The translations under genes and the position numbers were made by a program. 64,000 nucleotides of DNA. Source: Octopus bimaculoides. Its lineage: Eukaryota. Below are positions 12,113 to 23,747 of the stretch, one piece after another. The notes below the pieces were generated by a model that searched no databases, was not told the DNA's origin, and saw only the letters and a program-made list of their open reading frames with translations. The stretch lies in the NCBI RefSeq assembly GCF_001194135.2, contig NC_068982.1, positions 65,705,891-65,769,890 on the forward strand, in the 5' to 3' direction. Numbering within the stretch: the first letter of the stretch is position 1; each line of letters begins with the position of its first letter.

Positions 12113-13992
12113 CTTTATAGGAAGATGAAAATAGAGAAAATATAATATCAGGGTTTAAAACGGATTTCATTTGATATCATATAACATTTTAAAAGTGTAA
12201 AAAAAAAAGCAATTTTATGATAGATATTTTATTCCCCCTGCCTTTTGTAATGACAGCATTTTGAGGAATAAATAAAATGTTTCAAACTTTATGGATAAGC
12301 TTGATATATTTAGAATCATATTCTATAAACTTAGTAAGTGGTATAATCACTAGCTATGTTGAAAATTTCTCATATGTCTTGATAGTGGTAAACAAATATT
12401 TTGTAGTATGAAAATTGTATTTTTATAGAAAACGAAGGCAAAAAAATCAGGTTAAAAAAGATATTCCCAACTGTGTTCTCCAACTAATTCAAGCAAACCA
12501 TAGTAGATTGATAAGCAAATGTTTGTAGAGTTATCAGCTAGCAGACTTGGTCAGCAGTAGTAATGGATCTTAATGTAGCAATGCTTTCTCTCTAGATATA
12601 ATGATGATTTCTTTTGACCACGAGCAAGAAGCAAGAACAATTTTTACAGGAGAGTGACAATAATCAGTTTAATAATCCTATTATAATAATGGTAAAATAG
12701 TAATGGAATGTTTTGAACAATGTCATTTCTAACATTTCTGTATTGCTTTAGGTCTTTTTTTGCTCATATAAAAAGGGAAGATATAGGCTCAAGCATACAC
12801 ACACATATGCACTCACACACATATGCATTTCACCCCCACACAGTTCATCTTCCAGCTTTGAAATTTTATTTTCATGACATTTGTCAACCAAAGGTTATGG
12901 TAGAAGACACTTGCTTTTCCTCACCCCACTCCAGATTCCACATTGTAGGATTGAACCCAGAACCATATAGCTGTAAAGCAAACTTAACTATATAGCAATG
13001 CCTATGCCCATTTATAGCATTACAATTACTTGAACTCCAGTACTCATTGATTTCTTTTGTTTAATTAAAAGGTCCTAGTGGAAGCATAATGGCATAGTGA
13101 GGCTCTCATGCCTTTAACATGTGCATTTATTGTATAAACGAAGAGAAATGGTTTTGAGTAGAGAATGAAACTTCATAGTAACTGTTAGAGATAGACAATA
13201 ATTTCTTAACCAAGAATCGAAACCTCAGTTTTCATATTTGTTTCCACTGTTCTTGGAACTTGTACTAAGAATTTATTTGTTTAGCCTGTTATACTTGCCA
13301 CTGTCTTAGGTGATACAGAGTTTAGTTTAGGTAAGTGCATTCAGTTTCAATGTTAGTGACCTAGTTTAACTTGGTCACAAGTGTAAATTTGAGATACCTA
13401 TAGAAAAACATTCTCTTTCCTCTGCAACTTCTAGACAGTTTACTTCTGTCATTTATGGCAACCTCACATGAAACTTGCATCATTTACCTTCCTTCTTCCA
13501 CATAAATTTAGTGGCAGACTGATTTAAGCACTGGACAACAGATTCTCAACCAAAATTGACTGTCCACTAAACAATTTCTGGAGTTTCTTTCCAACTCGTC
13601 ACAGTTGTGTAACTACATAATGGTTGAGTAAAATCTCTATGTTACCACTAACTCATGATGAGTTATGTAACTGTTACTTAACTTTTCTTGTTGGGAATAT
13701 ATCTCTTGCTATATACATCTCACTGCTGCAACCGCCAAAACATTTTTTTTTTTGGTCCAACCTATAACAACGTGACAAAGTAAATGTTAACCAGTGATGA
13801 GAAAATCTATATCCAAACACAATAAACTATCTCACATCTTCACTCTATGATAGCTAAAGTTTTCCACAAGCAAATGACTATATATGTATAAAACAACCAC
13901 AAGACATATTTTCTAATGAAGTAGTAGCAGTTATAGAATATTTGAAATAGTACTGGGGGAAAAAGGCAAGTTTTTTATAGAAAATATTAATA

Positions 13993-14750
13993 GGCGCAGG
14001 TGTGACTGTGTAATAAGAAGCTTACTTCCCAACCACATGATTCCAGGTTCAGTCCCATTGTGTGGCACCTTGGGGAAGTGTTATCTACTATAGCCTCAGG
14101 CTAACCAAAGCCTTGTGAGCGGATTTGGTAGACGGGAAACTGAAAGAAGCCCATTGTATGTCTCTGTTTGTCCCCCTACCATTGCTTAACAACTGATGCT
14201 GGTGTGTTTATGTCCCTGAAACTTAGTGGTTTGGCAAAAGAGACTAATAGAATAAGTACTAGGCTTACATAAGATAAGTCCTGGGGTCAATTTCTTTGAC
14301 TTGTAGTGACGTCATTTGGCGCCAAAATACAGTCGCCATTACTGCGCTTTCATCCACGTATGCGCAGGGAATAGTTCCGGAAGGAACACGGGAAGAGTCT
14401 CATGTGCATGCGTGGAATTCAACATCTAAACGTTCCCGCTAAATTCATTCTCTTTCTCGGTCGGCCGGCCATGAGCATGGACGGGTCAAGCTGTCTCTCC
14501 AGCATTCCAACTCTGGGGACAGCTCATTCCAACATTCCAACGTCTCAGCAACCAAGCCTATTTCCTCCATAAATAAATATTGTTGTGTTGATAGATCAGA
14601 GTTCTGCGTTCCGTTATTATTTAGAATTTAATATAGGAAAGTGGGTGTACACCTAATGGTGTATAACCACTTCCCTATAGACTAAAACCCTTGAAGGTGG
14701 TGCTCTAGCACGGCCGCTGTCAAATGACTGAAACAAATAAAAGAATAAAG
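13993..14750 (+). mobile_element. tRNA-derived SINE (family A) interrupted by a solo-LTR-like insertion
   Basis: Head ggcgcaggtgtgactgtg...ggttcagtcccattgtgtggcaccttggg; the body resumes at gactaaaacccttgaaggtggtgc after the insert. Confidence 0.8.
14302..14679 (+). mobile_element. Solo-LTR-like element, copy 1 (TGTAG...CTATA, 4-bp TSD GACT, 3' hairpin)
   Basis: GACT at 14298-14301 and 14680-14683 flanks a 378-bp insert in a SINE. It shares blocks (cccgct.aattcattctctttctcg, gagcatggacg, aagctgtctctc) with 28756-29058. Confidence 0.75.
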
Positions 14751-14761
14751 AATAAACTTAC

Positions 14762-14903
14762 TCAACAATGTTCATAAATTGTATAACTAATGAATCACTT
14801 TTTATATCTAATAGATTAGCCATGACCTCAAATGCTTCTTTATTTTCTTCATTCACTTTATCTCCAATTTCAGCCAGCTGCTTCCCAACTAATACATACT
14901 TTC
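14762..14903 (-). CDS. BAK1: BAK-like gene, BH3 exon
   Basis: Acceptor tttgtattttgcag|; 142 nt reading xKYVLVGKQLAEIGDKVNEENKEAFEVMANLLDIKSDSLVIQFMNIV; ends GA|gtaagt (phase 2) and joins the next exon in frame (GA+C=Asp). VGKQLAEIGDKVN resembles BAK BH3 VGRQLAIIGDDIN. Confidence 0.85.
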
Positions 14904-15056
14904 TGCAAAATACAAATGATTTTTGAAAGCTCAGTTGATAAATAAATAAATAAGTAAAAAGATAAAAAAGAAAGAACTTTTCCTATAAAGATTCACTGTT
15001 GTGTGATATTTAGTATCAAGAAGAAACTAAAGTGAATTATTCCAAATATAATAATA

Positions 15057-15275
15057 ATCCTTTCTATTACAGGCACAAGGCCTGAAATTTGGGGGCGGGG
15101 GATAATCAATTACATTGACCCTAGTACTGAACTGGCACTTAATTTATCAACCCTAAAAGGATGAAAGGTAAAGTTGATCGCAGTGGAATTTGAACTCAGT
15201 ACGTAGCGACGGGCGAAATACCGTTAAGCATTTTGTCCAATGTGCTAACGATTCTGCCAGCTCACTGCCTTTTCT
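15057..15275 (-). mobile_element. SINE family B (Nin/Deu-like central domain)
   Basis: tttatcaaccctaaaaggatgaaaggtaaagttgatc..ggaatttgaactcag; related copies at ~30360-30530, 31580-31670, 48810-48995 and 57960-58090. The domain name is from memory. Confidence 0.65.
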
Positions 15276-15554
15276 AAATATAATAAATAATGCAGACAAA
15301 AAATGTGAACATTGCCAATGATAAGATGGACAAGATGATAAAATGCATCAAGTATATGAATTAAACTAAGTAAGTACTCACTTGAAATGATTATTCTACC
15401 CAAAGTTATATTATCACCAATTTTAACCCAAATATTATTTTAGATGAAGAATGAATATACACACGCACACACATATGTACTACAAGCACTGCTACCAGAC
15501 TTCATCACATCTGCCAGTCTCTAAACCAGAGCCATCTTAAGGCAGGGGCCTCAT

Positions 15555-15624
15555 GGGTCCAGAGGTTCAGTTCTGATCTATGTATGCTACTGCATACATA
15601 GATCAGAACTGGATTTCTGGACCC
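15555..15624. other. 70-nt near-perfect hairpin
   Basis: A 20-bp perfect stem (15568-15587/15592-15611) with a 4-nt loop, extended by 4 wobble-compatible pairs and a 9-bp outer stem gggtccaga/tctggaccc. Confidence 0.9.
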
Positions 15625-15734
15625 AAATGCATATGTAACATTTGCTTTCCAGAATTGGATATTACAGATTAACAAATTAAATCCATAGACAACCATTCTT
15701 CATATCACATCTGTAATCTCTATGATAGATTATA

Positions 15735-16600
15735 CTAGCACTATAACCCAGCTTTGCTCGGGATTAAGTTAGGATTACCTGAGTAATACCATCAATTGAG
15801 GCAAATTTGGCACCCGAACGTAAGTTTTGTAAGAGGAATAGAGAGGCCTATCTTCTCCCGCAGAGATGTGAGAGTCAGATCTCTCCTTTCGAAAACATGA
15901 ACAGTTTCGTAACATTGTTTACAAAATAATAGCTGATCGTTTGCGAAGGAGCGTGTCTACAGTCAACACTTACGATTTTTGCTCTGGTAACTTCTGCTCT
16001 CTCCCATGTTCACGCACGACCAGCTATATGTCACTATAAGTAGAGCAATGCATTCAGCAAATTTGGAAATTAGTTGTGGAGAAACGGAGAATATCGTTTA
16101 TATTGTGTGTATATATATATATATATATACACATACGGGCAACACACACACGTACGTACACCTATTGCATACGTGTTTTGTACGCATACATGTTCGTGTG
16201 TGTGTGTGTGACTGAAGCCATTCACACATACATAACAACCCCTGTCTGTCTGTTTTTGTCTGTCAGTCACTCACTAAAAAGACAAAATTTTAAAAATCTG
16301 TTATCTCTCTCTTTACACCGTAGCTAGAAGGGGACCTAACTCATGTTTGCAAATGCTGATGTATTTCTCCGACTTGAAAATTGTTAGAAGTTATGGTTTA
16401 AAATTATTTTTAGTGCAAAAATTCACCCCTTAGAAAGCAAAAAATAAAAAAATAAATGGCCGATTCCGGACATTTTCAACTATGAGGAATCCATTAGTGC
16501 GACTCCCAGATTGCTATTTTGTAAGGTGTGGATTTCTATAGATGCAGCACACATACACACACTCGCAAACTCAGCTTTACAATATGTACTGATAGTTCAT
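15735..16600 (+). mobile_element. Non-autonomous Helitron-like repeat with helicase C-terminal remnant
   Basis: Starts actagcactataacccagctttgctcggg; 16006-16100 reads FTHDQLYVTISRA...TENIVY, the same motif as at 21-130. Confidence 0.6.
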
Positions 16601-17299
16601 TTAGGCCGGTAAGCAATGAATTAAGGGAGTTTTGGCTGAAATTTCTTGCAGGTTGAGCAACTGCTTTGAAGCTCCTTCGTTGGCTAGAAAAGAGAATTGT
16701 TTTGAGTATGGAGCATTATATAATAACAGATTCTATAGTAAGTACAGGCAAAAAATCTAATTGTTAGTTTACAAACACTCATCTACCATTAAACACATCT
16801 GGAGAAATATGTGACACTACATGCTAGATATGTGTAAATTTTGAAGATTAGTTTGAATGGAAAATACTTAGGTATTTTAATAAGAGAGACCACAAAAGGA
16901 GTGATATAAATACAAATGTGAGAAATTTTAAGTAAAAAAGCTCAACAACCCACCAAAAAGGAAATGTTGGCTGACTAATCTGATGTTTGTTAAAGTTTTT
17001 ACAAGCAAAACATCTGTTATTGCAAAATTCAAGTTGATAGAGTGTATAGTTTGGAGATCACTCCAGGTTAAAATGCTACTTCTCTGCATTGAGAGGTCAT
17101 AGTTCCGGTACTACAGACATGTAGTTAGAATGTTACAGGAAATGCAAGATAGACTCTATAAGCTAAGCCCACTAGCAGGAGACTTATGAGTAGACCAAGT
17201 ACAAAAACAAATATCCACAGTATCAGTTTATCACATTCAGAAATCGATCTGAAAAATCTAATGTGGTGGTTTCTGATAGGACCATATAGGGGAAGTGCC

Positions 17300-20200
17300 T
17301 GAGAACTTTCCTGTATCCGTAAGATCAAAGTTGTGGCCAGAGCAGGTCTCATAGCTCTGTGTCTGGAGAGAAATGCGTTGATGCTGTACCTCAAGATGGA
17401 TGAAAGAGACCAACTGAATGTGGCCAAGATGGAGCAGCAGATAAAAGAAGCCTTTACAGAAGGATCATATGTTGCATCTGCCAAGCTGGGAACAGTCAGG
17501 CGGACAGGGGAACAGATAGACGTGTACACAGCAGAGGTTCGGAGACTGGCCATGCCATCTGGTTTTATCAGAGAGGGACTAGAATGGGTGGCATGATTGG
17601 CTTTCATAAATAGCTTCCCTAACGACATATCGGTGTGACTGCAAACAACTGGCAGGCAGTGAGAAAATGGTGATAAGTGAGCTCATTGCTCAAGCCCACA
17701 TGTCAACACAAAACACCAGGAGGAATGCAGTGGCAATGGCAGCTATGGAAGCCCACAATGTTATGCAATGATCAGTAAAGAATGAAGAGAGAAAAACTGC
17801 CATGGAGCAGCAGTGACTGTTTATGGGCTGGTGTTTCAAGTACCACAGACCACACAAGACAAAGGACTGTGTGGAGACGAAGCCTGCACGCATTTGCTAC
17901 TGGTGCAGGCAGACAGGGCATATTGCTTGAAAGTGCAACAAGGGAAAAGGCCATGGGGAAGTTGTTGCCTCTCAAACTTCCCTCATAGACAAGTAGAGGC
18001 TCTCATGCAGTTGCTGCCAGTAGTTGAAGTCCTGGTCGGAAGAAAGGTTTGCAGAGCCCTTGTAGATACAGTTAGTACAACGTCTATTGTGACCCCAAGG
18101 GTGACAAAAAAATGGCAAGTGATGAGTAGTGTTTGGGCTGTTGATAGCAGCAAAATTGGATGAAATGGTAGCAGTGAAGTGGAGATAGCGGTGCGGGGCA
18201 CAACACTGAGGCTGCAGGTGATTGTGATCGACCATGTGGTAGATGGAATGGATGAAGGTGTCAGTGTCAGTGGAGACATGGTTTCATTTGGTGGTACAGG
18301 GGCATCATGCACTCTAAGTCTGCAACATGAGATGGGGCACAGCTCCATGGGGGATTGTACTGCTTACACCATTGAAGATAAAAATTTTCAAGCAGTATTT
18401 GATGGTCAGCGGTGGACGGTAGAGTGTCGTGGGAAAGGGAAGCCCCCAACATTGAAGAACAAGCTAAGCTGTTATCAGTATACTTTGAAAGGAGGTGCCA
18501 GAAATGAGTTTGAAGGAGAGGTAGAGAGATGGACCAAAGAGGGTATCCTTATCCCTTGGAAGGAGGAAGTGAAGAGTGGAGTGCTTCCACTAATGGCAGT
18601 GGTGCAGTCAATGAAGGGCAAAACCAGGCCAGTACTGGACTTTTGAGAGATGAATGGCCATGTATTGTGCCCTACGGACAGCAATGTGGCTGATGTCTGT
18701 GGGGAAACATTGCAAGAATGGAGATGGATGATAAGGGTGGCAACAATTGTTGACTTGAAGTTGGCATATCTGCAGCTTCATGTGAGTGAGAAACTGTGGT
18801 GGTATCAGCTGGTGTGATATAAGGGCCAGACATACTGTTTGACTTAGGCTGGGTTTTGGGTTGAATTCCACGCCAAAGATCATGGCAAAAGGGCTCAAAT
18901 CTATCCTGGGAAAGGTGGACAAGGTAAAAAAGGCTACCAATTCCTATATAGATGACATCCTAGAAGACAAGACTGTAGCATCTACCGCAGAGGCCAATAA
19001 GTCACCTAAAGAAGTTCAGGCTGACTGCAAAACCACCAGAGCCAATGGTTGGAAGAGCTGCACTGGAGCTCAAGCTTCAAAGAGACAAAACAGTAGTGTT
19101 GATGTTTCAGAGGGGAAATGAGATTCTGGAACTAGGTAGCAGCATCAACGGACAAGAACTATTCTCAATGACAAGAACTATTCTCAATGTGATGGTAGCA
19201 ATGATGCAGAACCTAGAGAGGGTATGAGCAGAAGACCTAGTAAGAGGAAGCTGCTATGTGCCCAAATTGGAGAACAGGATGCTAGCAGTATAGTGATACA
19301 GTTTATCCTGGAAATTGGAGGTGTCAAACTGGAGGACACAGCCTGGCTCTGCAAAGCAGATGTTTACAATCACATCAATGTGGCTGAGTTGGATGCAGTG
19401 CTGAAGGGGGTGAATGTGACCCTGAGATGGAGGCTGTGCTCTATCAAAATCTGAACTGATTCAATCACAGTGCTTGGATGGGTAGTAAAGCGTTTGTTAG
19501 TAAAGTGCTACCTAAGGGTTCTGGGAGAACTAGCTGCCGAATTTGGTTTGAAGCTGAGTGTGATCTTTATGCCTCAGAAAGGAATAAGACAGACATTCTA
19601 ACCAGGCTGAAAAAGGCCTGGTTGGTGGTGCCGGAAGATTCGGAGTGGGGGATAGCTGCAGTGTGTCGGCTAGGTGACTCAGAACTAAGGAAACTACATG
19701 CCATGTATCATATAGGTGTGGATAGAACCCTGTGTCTTGTCAGGAGGGTTGACTCTGACATTACTAGGCAGAGCATTCAAAAGGTGGTCAGGAGTTGTGA
19801 TAGGTGTCAATCAATCGACTCTCTCTGGGTGTGAATGAACCACAAAACATCTCAGTAGAGTACAACTGGAGACAATTGGCAGTGGATGTGACACACTACC
19901 AGCAGGGGACATAGCTCTCGATGGTTGAATGTGGACTGGGTTGGATAGCCATATGGAGGGAAATGAAGATAGGCACTGCAGATGAGGTTGCACATAATCT
20001 GAATGAGATATTCCAGGAGTGGGGCTTGTGGACGAATTGCTGATGGACAATGGCACCGCATTTCATTCGGAGATGCTTGATAGGTGGAATGTGCATTGCT
20101 TCTTCAGAGCGGCGTACAGGCCAAGTGGAAGAGGGATTGTGGAAAAACACCATCACACGATCAAGGCCATGGCAGAGAGAGAACACATCTCACTACTGAA

Positions 20201-20930
20201 AGCGGTATTTTGGTACAATATTTTTGTCCTGAGGAATCTGTACTACACAGGGTGATATTAAAGTATGAATGGCAGCATCTGTGTACAACATCATTACATA
20301 CTGTGGAAGAGAGAGAGAACCTACCTTCGTACAGGTAGGTGATGAAGTCTGAGTGAAGTCCCCAAAGGCACACTGCACTTTGCAGTAGAACAGAGAGACA
20401 GTGATGGTTGTTAATTCAAAAAATAATATCTCTGTGGATGGAATGCTACTCACCTTTTGGATGTTCACAGAACTGTTGCTTCATTGAGCGACAAAGGTGG
20501 AGGAGACGAAATGAGCAGTGCTTCAGCTCTGTAGAGATCACAGCAAGTGAGACATCCACCCAGGTGGATGGTAGATTTCAACCTGAATTGAAGTGAGTAG
20601 GTGATCTTTGAGATCAGGGGAGCATGTGGGCGTGAGGTAAATGGAAGGAAAGGGTCAGTGATGTCAATTACCAAGGGGCCTTAACAGAAGACAAAGAGGG
20701 AGTGAGGATGTGGGTAGAGGTAGGACCAGTATGAGTCCTTTTTCACCTCAAGCAGTTGTCGTGGATGGACATGTGTGAGACAGAGCTTTAGCAGTAGGCT
20801 GAAGCAATAAGTAGAAAGAGTAGGGTGTGTCTTGGATCAAACACAGCTGGACATCTGACACAGAGGTAGGTGAACTGTATTTTGTTCCTCACATTACAGC
20901 TCTCTTATATTATAGGACTCTAATCCCATG
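17300..20930 (+). mobile_element. Degenerate Ty3/Gypsy LTR retrotransposon (gag-pro-RT-RH-IN, 3' LTR from ~20625)
   Basis: Fragmented ORFs: gag (ALMLYLKMDERDQ), protease (RALVDTVSTTSIV), RT (PLMAVVQ..KGKTRPVLDF; YIDDIL), integrase (HAMYHIG..CDRCQS; DELLMDNGTAF; GIVEKHHHTIK). A purine-rich tract gagatcaggggagca precedes TGTGG at 20625. Many stops. Confidence 0.85.
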
Positions 20931-21259
20931 ATACTCCGAGGAATTGTGGGTGGACAAGATGGATGGATGGAAGTTAATTACATCTTTGCAATAAATGTGA
21001 CTCTATTCTCTAATCATTCCATTAGTAGATGTTCCATTGTCATTCTTAAACTAGCTTTAAAATAATAACCTTAATTTAATATTTACTTTAAAAAAATATT
21101 TCTATGTATGCCATGTATTTCAGAGAAAATCAACAAAGAAATTTTTTAAATATTAATTTTTTTTTTAAAGTCCAGGGGGAAGGCAGCAGCCCCACCTCAT
21201 GTAATATATTACACACACACACAAACGCACACACGCACGCACACACACACACACACACA

Positions 21260-21840
21260 CACAGGAGTTGAACAAAATAATGGAAGCACCTTAAAATTTC
21301 AAACAAATTTATTTTAATATGGGGTAGGACCACGTTTGGCAGTAATTACAGCTTGAATTCTACCAGGTATGGACTCGTACAAAGTTTGAATTGTTTCCAA
21401 AGGAATTTTTGTCCATTCTTCAACTAAAACAGTCTCCAGTTCTTGTAGTGATGATGGTGGAGGATATCGACTCCTTACTTGTTTTTCTAAAATGCACCAT
21501 AAATGTTCAATAATATTGAGATCTGGGGACTGTGGTGGCCAGATAAGATGTTCAACTTCTCTAGAATGCTCTTGTGCCATTCAGTAACAACTTTAGCTGG
21601 TTGAATTGGTACATTATCATGATCAGATAAAATGCTTAAATAGTCTTGACTAATAATTCTGCCATAAAGGGAAACCATTGGGACAGCGGATTTCCAAGAT
21701 ATAGCCCCTCAGATCATCACAGATCCTCCTCTATGTTTAACAGCTGGAAGAAAGCAGTCTGGGTCAAATGCTTCTTTTGGATGTCTCCACACGTATACTT
21801 GACCGGTGATCAGAAATAAGGAAAAGGATGACTCGTCCGA
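21260..21840 (-). mobile_element. Tc1/mariner transposon fragment
   Basis: 21314-21580 reads WPPQSPDLNIIEHLW...IQAVITAKRGPTPY (Tc1 DD34E C-terminus); TIR-like agttgaacaaaataatggaagcacc at ~21264. Confidence 0.9.
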
Positions 21841-21844
21841 GAAA

Positions 21845-22945
21845 ATAATATAAGAATAGCCTGGGTAAAGTTCAAAGAGCTCTTACCTCTGCTGGTGACA
21901 AAGGGCCTCTCGCTCAAAGTAAAAGGTAGACTGTATGATGCATGTGTACGAACAACCATGCTACATGGCAGTGAAACATGGGCCGTGACTGCTGGGGACA
22001 TGCGTAAGCCAGTATGCTCTACTGGATGTGTAATGTCAGTGTGCATACTCGACAGAGTGTAAGTACCTTGAGAGAAAAGTTGGACCTTAGAAGCATCAGA
22101 TGTGTGCAAGAGAGACGACTGCACTGGTATAGTCACATGGCGAGAATGGATGAGGATAACTGTGTGAAAAAGTGCCACACCCTAGCGGTTGAGAGAACCT
22201 GTGGAAGAGGCAGACCTAGGAAGACCTAGGATGAGGTGGTGAAGCACGAACTTTGAACATTATGCCTCACCGAGGGTAATGACTAGTGACCAAGACCTTT
22301 GGAAATATGCAGTGCATGAGAAAACCCGGCAAGCTAAGTGAGAACATAACCCAAGGCCTATGCCAGGGGTGTAACCAGCCCACTTATGCATACCTTCCCT
22401 TCATTGGACACTAAACTCTACTTGCGAACACCTGTTGAGGCAAGTGAAATTGGAATTGAAATCAAATCAAATTCACAAATTCGATGACTGGCACCCATGC
22501 CAGTAGAGTGCTAAGAGCACCATCCAAGCATGATTGCTGGCAGAGCAGCTGACTGGCTTACATGCCACTGGCACGTAAAAAGCACCATTCGAATGTGTTC
22601 GTTACCAGTGTTATCTTACTGGCACGTGAGAAAACATTCGAGTGAGATCATTGTCAGTGCTGCTGGACTGGCTCCTGTGCAGGTAGCACGTAAAAATCAC
22701 CACTTGAGCGTGGCCGTTGCCAGTACCACCTGACTGGCCCTCATGCTGGTGGCACATTAAAGCACCCACTACACTCTTGGAGTGGCTGGTATTAGGAAAG
22801 GCATCCAGCTGTAGAAACTCTGCCAGATCAGATTGGAGCCTAGTACAGCCATCTGGTTCACCAGTCCTCAGTCAAATCATCCAACCCATGCTAGCATGGA
22901 AAGCGGACATTAAACGATGATGATGATGATGATGATGATGATGGG
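21845..22945 (+). mobile_element. 5'-truncated RTE LINE with 3' UTR and (GAT)n tail
   Basis: IAWVKFKELLPLLVTKGLSLKVKGRLYDACVRTTMLHGSETW...RRLHWYSHMARMDEDNCVKKC..GRGRPRKT; ends in gatgatgatg. Confidence 0.85.
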
Positions 22946-23278
22946 GAGGGACAGTACACACACATGTATATATCTATGTGTATGTCTTTGTGTGTGCGTG
23001 TGTGTGTGTGTGTTTGTTTGTTTGTCCCTCGCCACCACTTGACCACCAATGTTTTTTTTTAAATCCCCATAACTAAACAGTTTAAAAAAAGAGACCAATA
23101 GACTAAGTACCAAGCTTTAAAAATAATTACTGTGGTTGATTTGTTTGATTAAAAGCCTTCAAGGCAGTGCCCCAACATGCTTTTCTACATCCAGATATTC
23201 TTTCTGATTGAAACAAGTAAAAGATAAAAGCTGGAATATACTAAATAGTTCCTTCATGGATAAACATAATGGACTTAC

Positions 23279-23409
23279 GCATCAACTTCATCCTCACAAA
23301 TAATATTCTCGGCTTCAGAATGAAGTTCCTTATTTTCTAACTTTGTTTTCTCCTGGACAAAACCTAGAAATACAGCTTTAGCCTGCTGAGCAATTATTAA
23401 GTAAGCCAT
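23279..23409 (-). CDS. BAK1: BAK-like gene, first coding (BH4/helix 1) exon
   Basis: The exon spans 23463-23279: acceptor tttgtttcatttcag|, 54 nt of UTR with an in-frame upstream TGA, then ATG 23409 MAYLIIAQQAKAVFLGFVQEKTKLENKELHSEAENIICEDEVDA, donor GC|gtaagt. AQQAKAVFLGFV resembles BAK AQDTEEVFRSYV. It ends in phase 2, whereas the BH3 exon needs phase 1 (see findings). Confidence 0.65.
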
Positions 23410-23747
23410 GCTTTTTTTCCCTGTATTTCTAAAGATTTTTCAAATTCAAAGACCAAATATTCTCTGAAATGAAACAAATAAATAATTATTAAGGATATGA
23501 ATATGAAGCAACAAATTATTACAGTAATATTATTCTTTTGATCATATTTTCTACTCCAATACTTTTAAGGCAAATGATCTACATATTAGTAAACTGAAAT
23601 AACTGTAAATCATTGGCATTGGCAGTGTCATTATCATTAAGTGCTGATCTCTAACTGTGGAGGGAACCTGTGGTAGAGGTAGACCCAGGAAGACATGGGA
23701 TGAGGTGGTGAAGCATAATCTTTGAACGTTGGGCCTCACAGAGGCTA

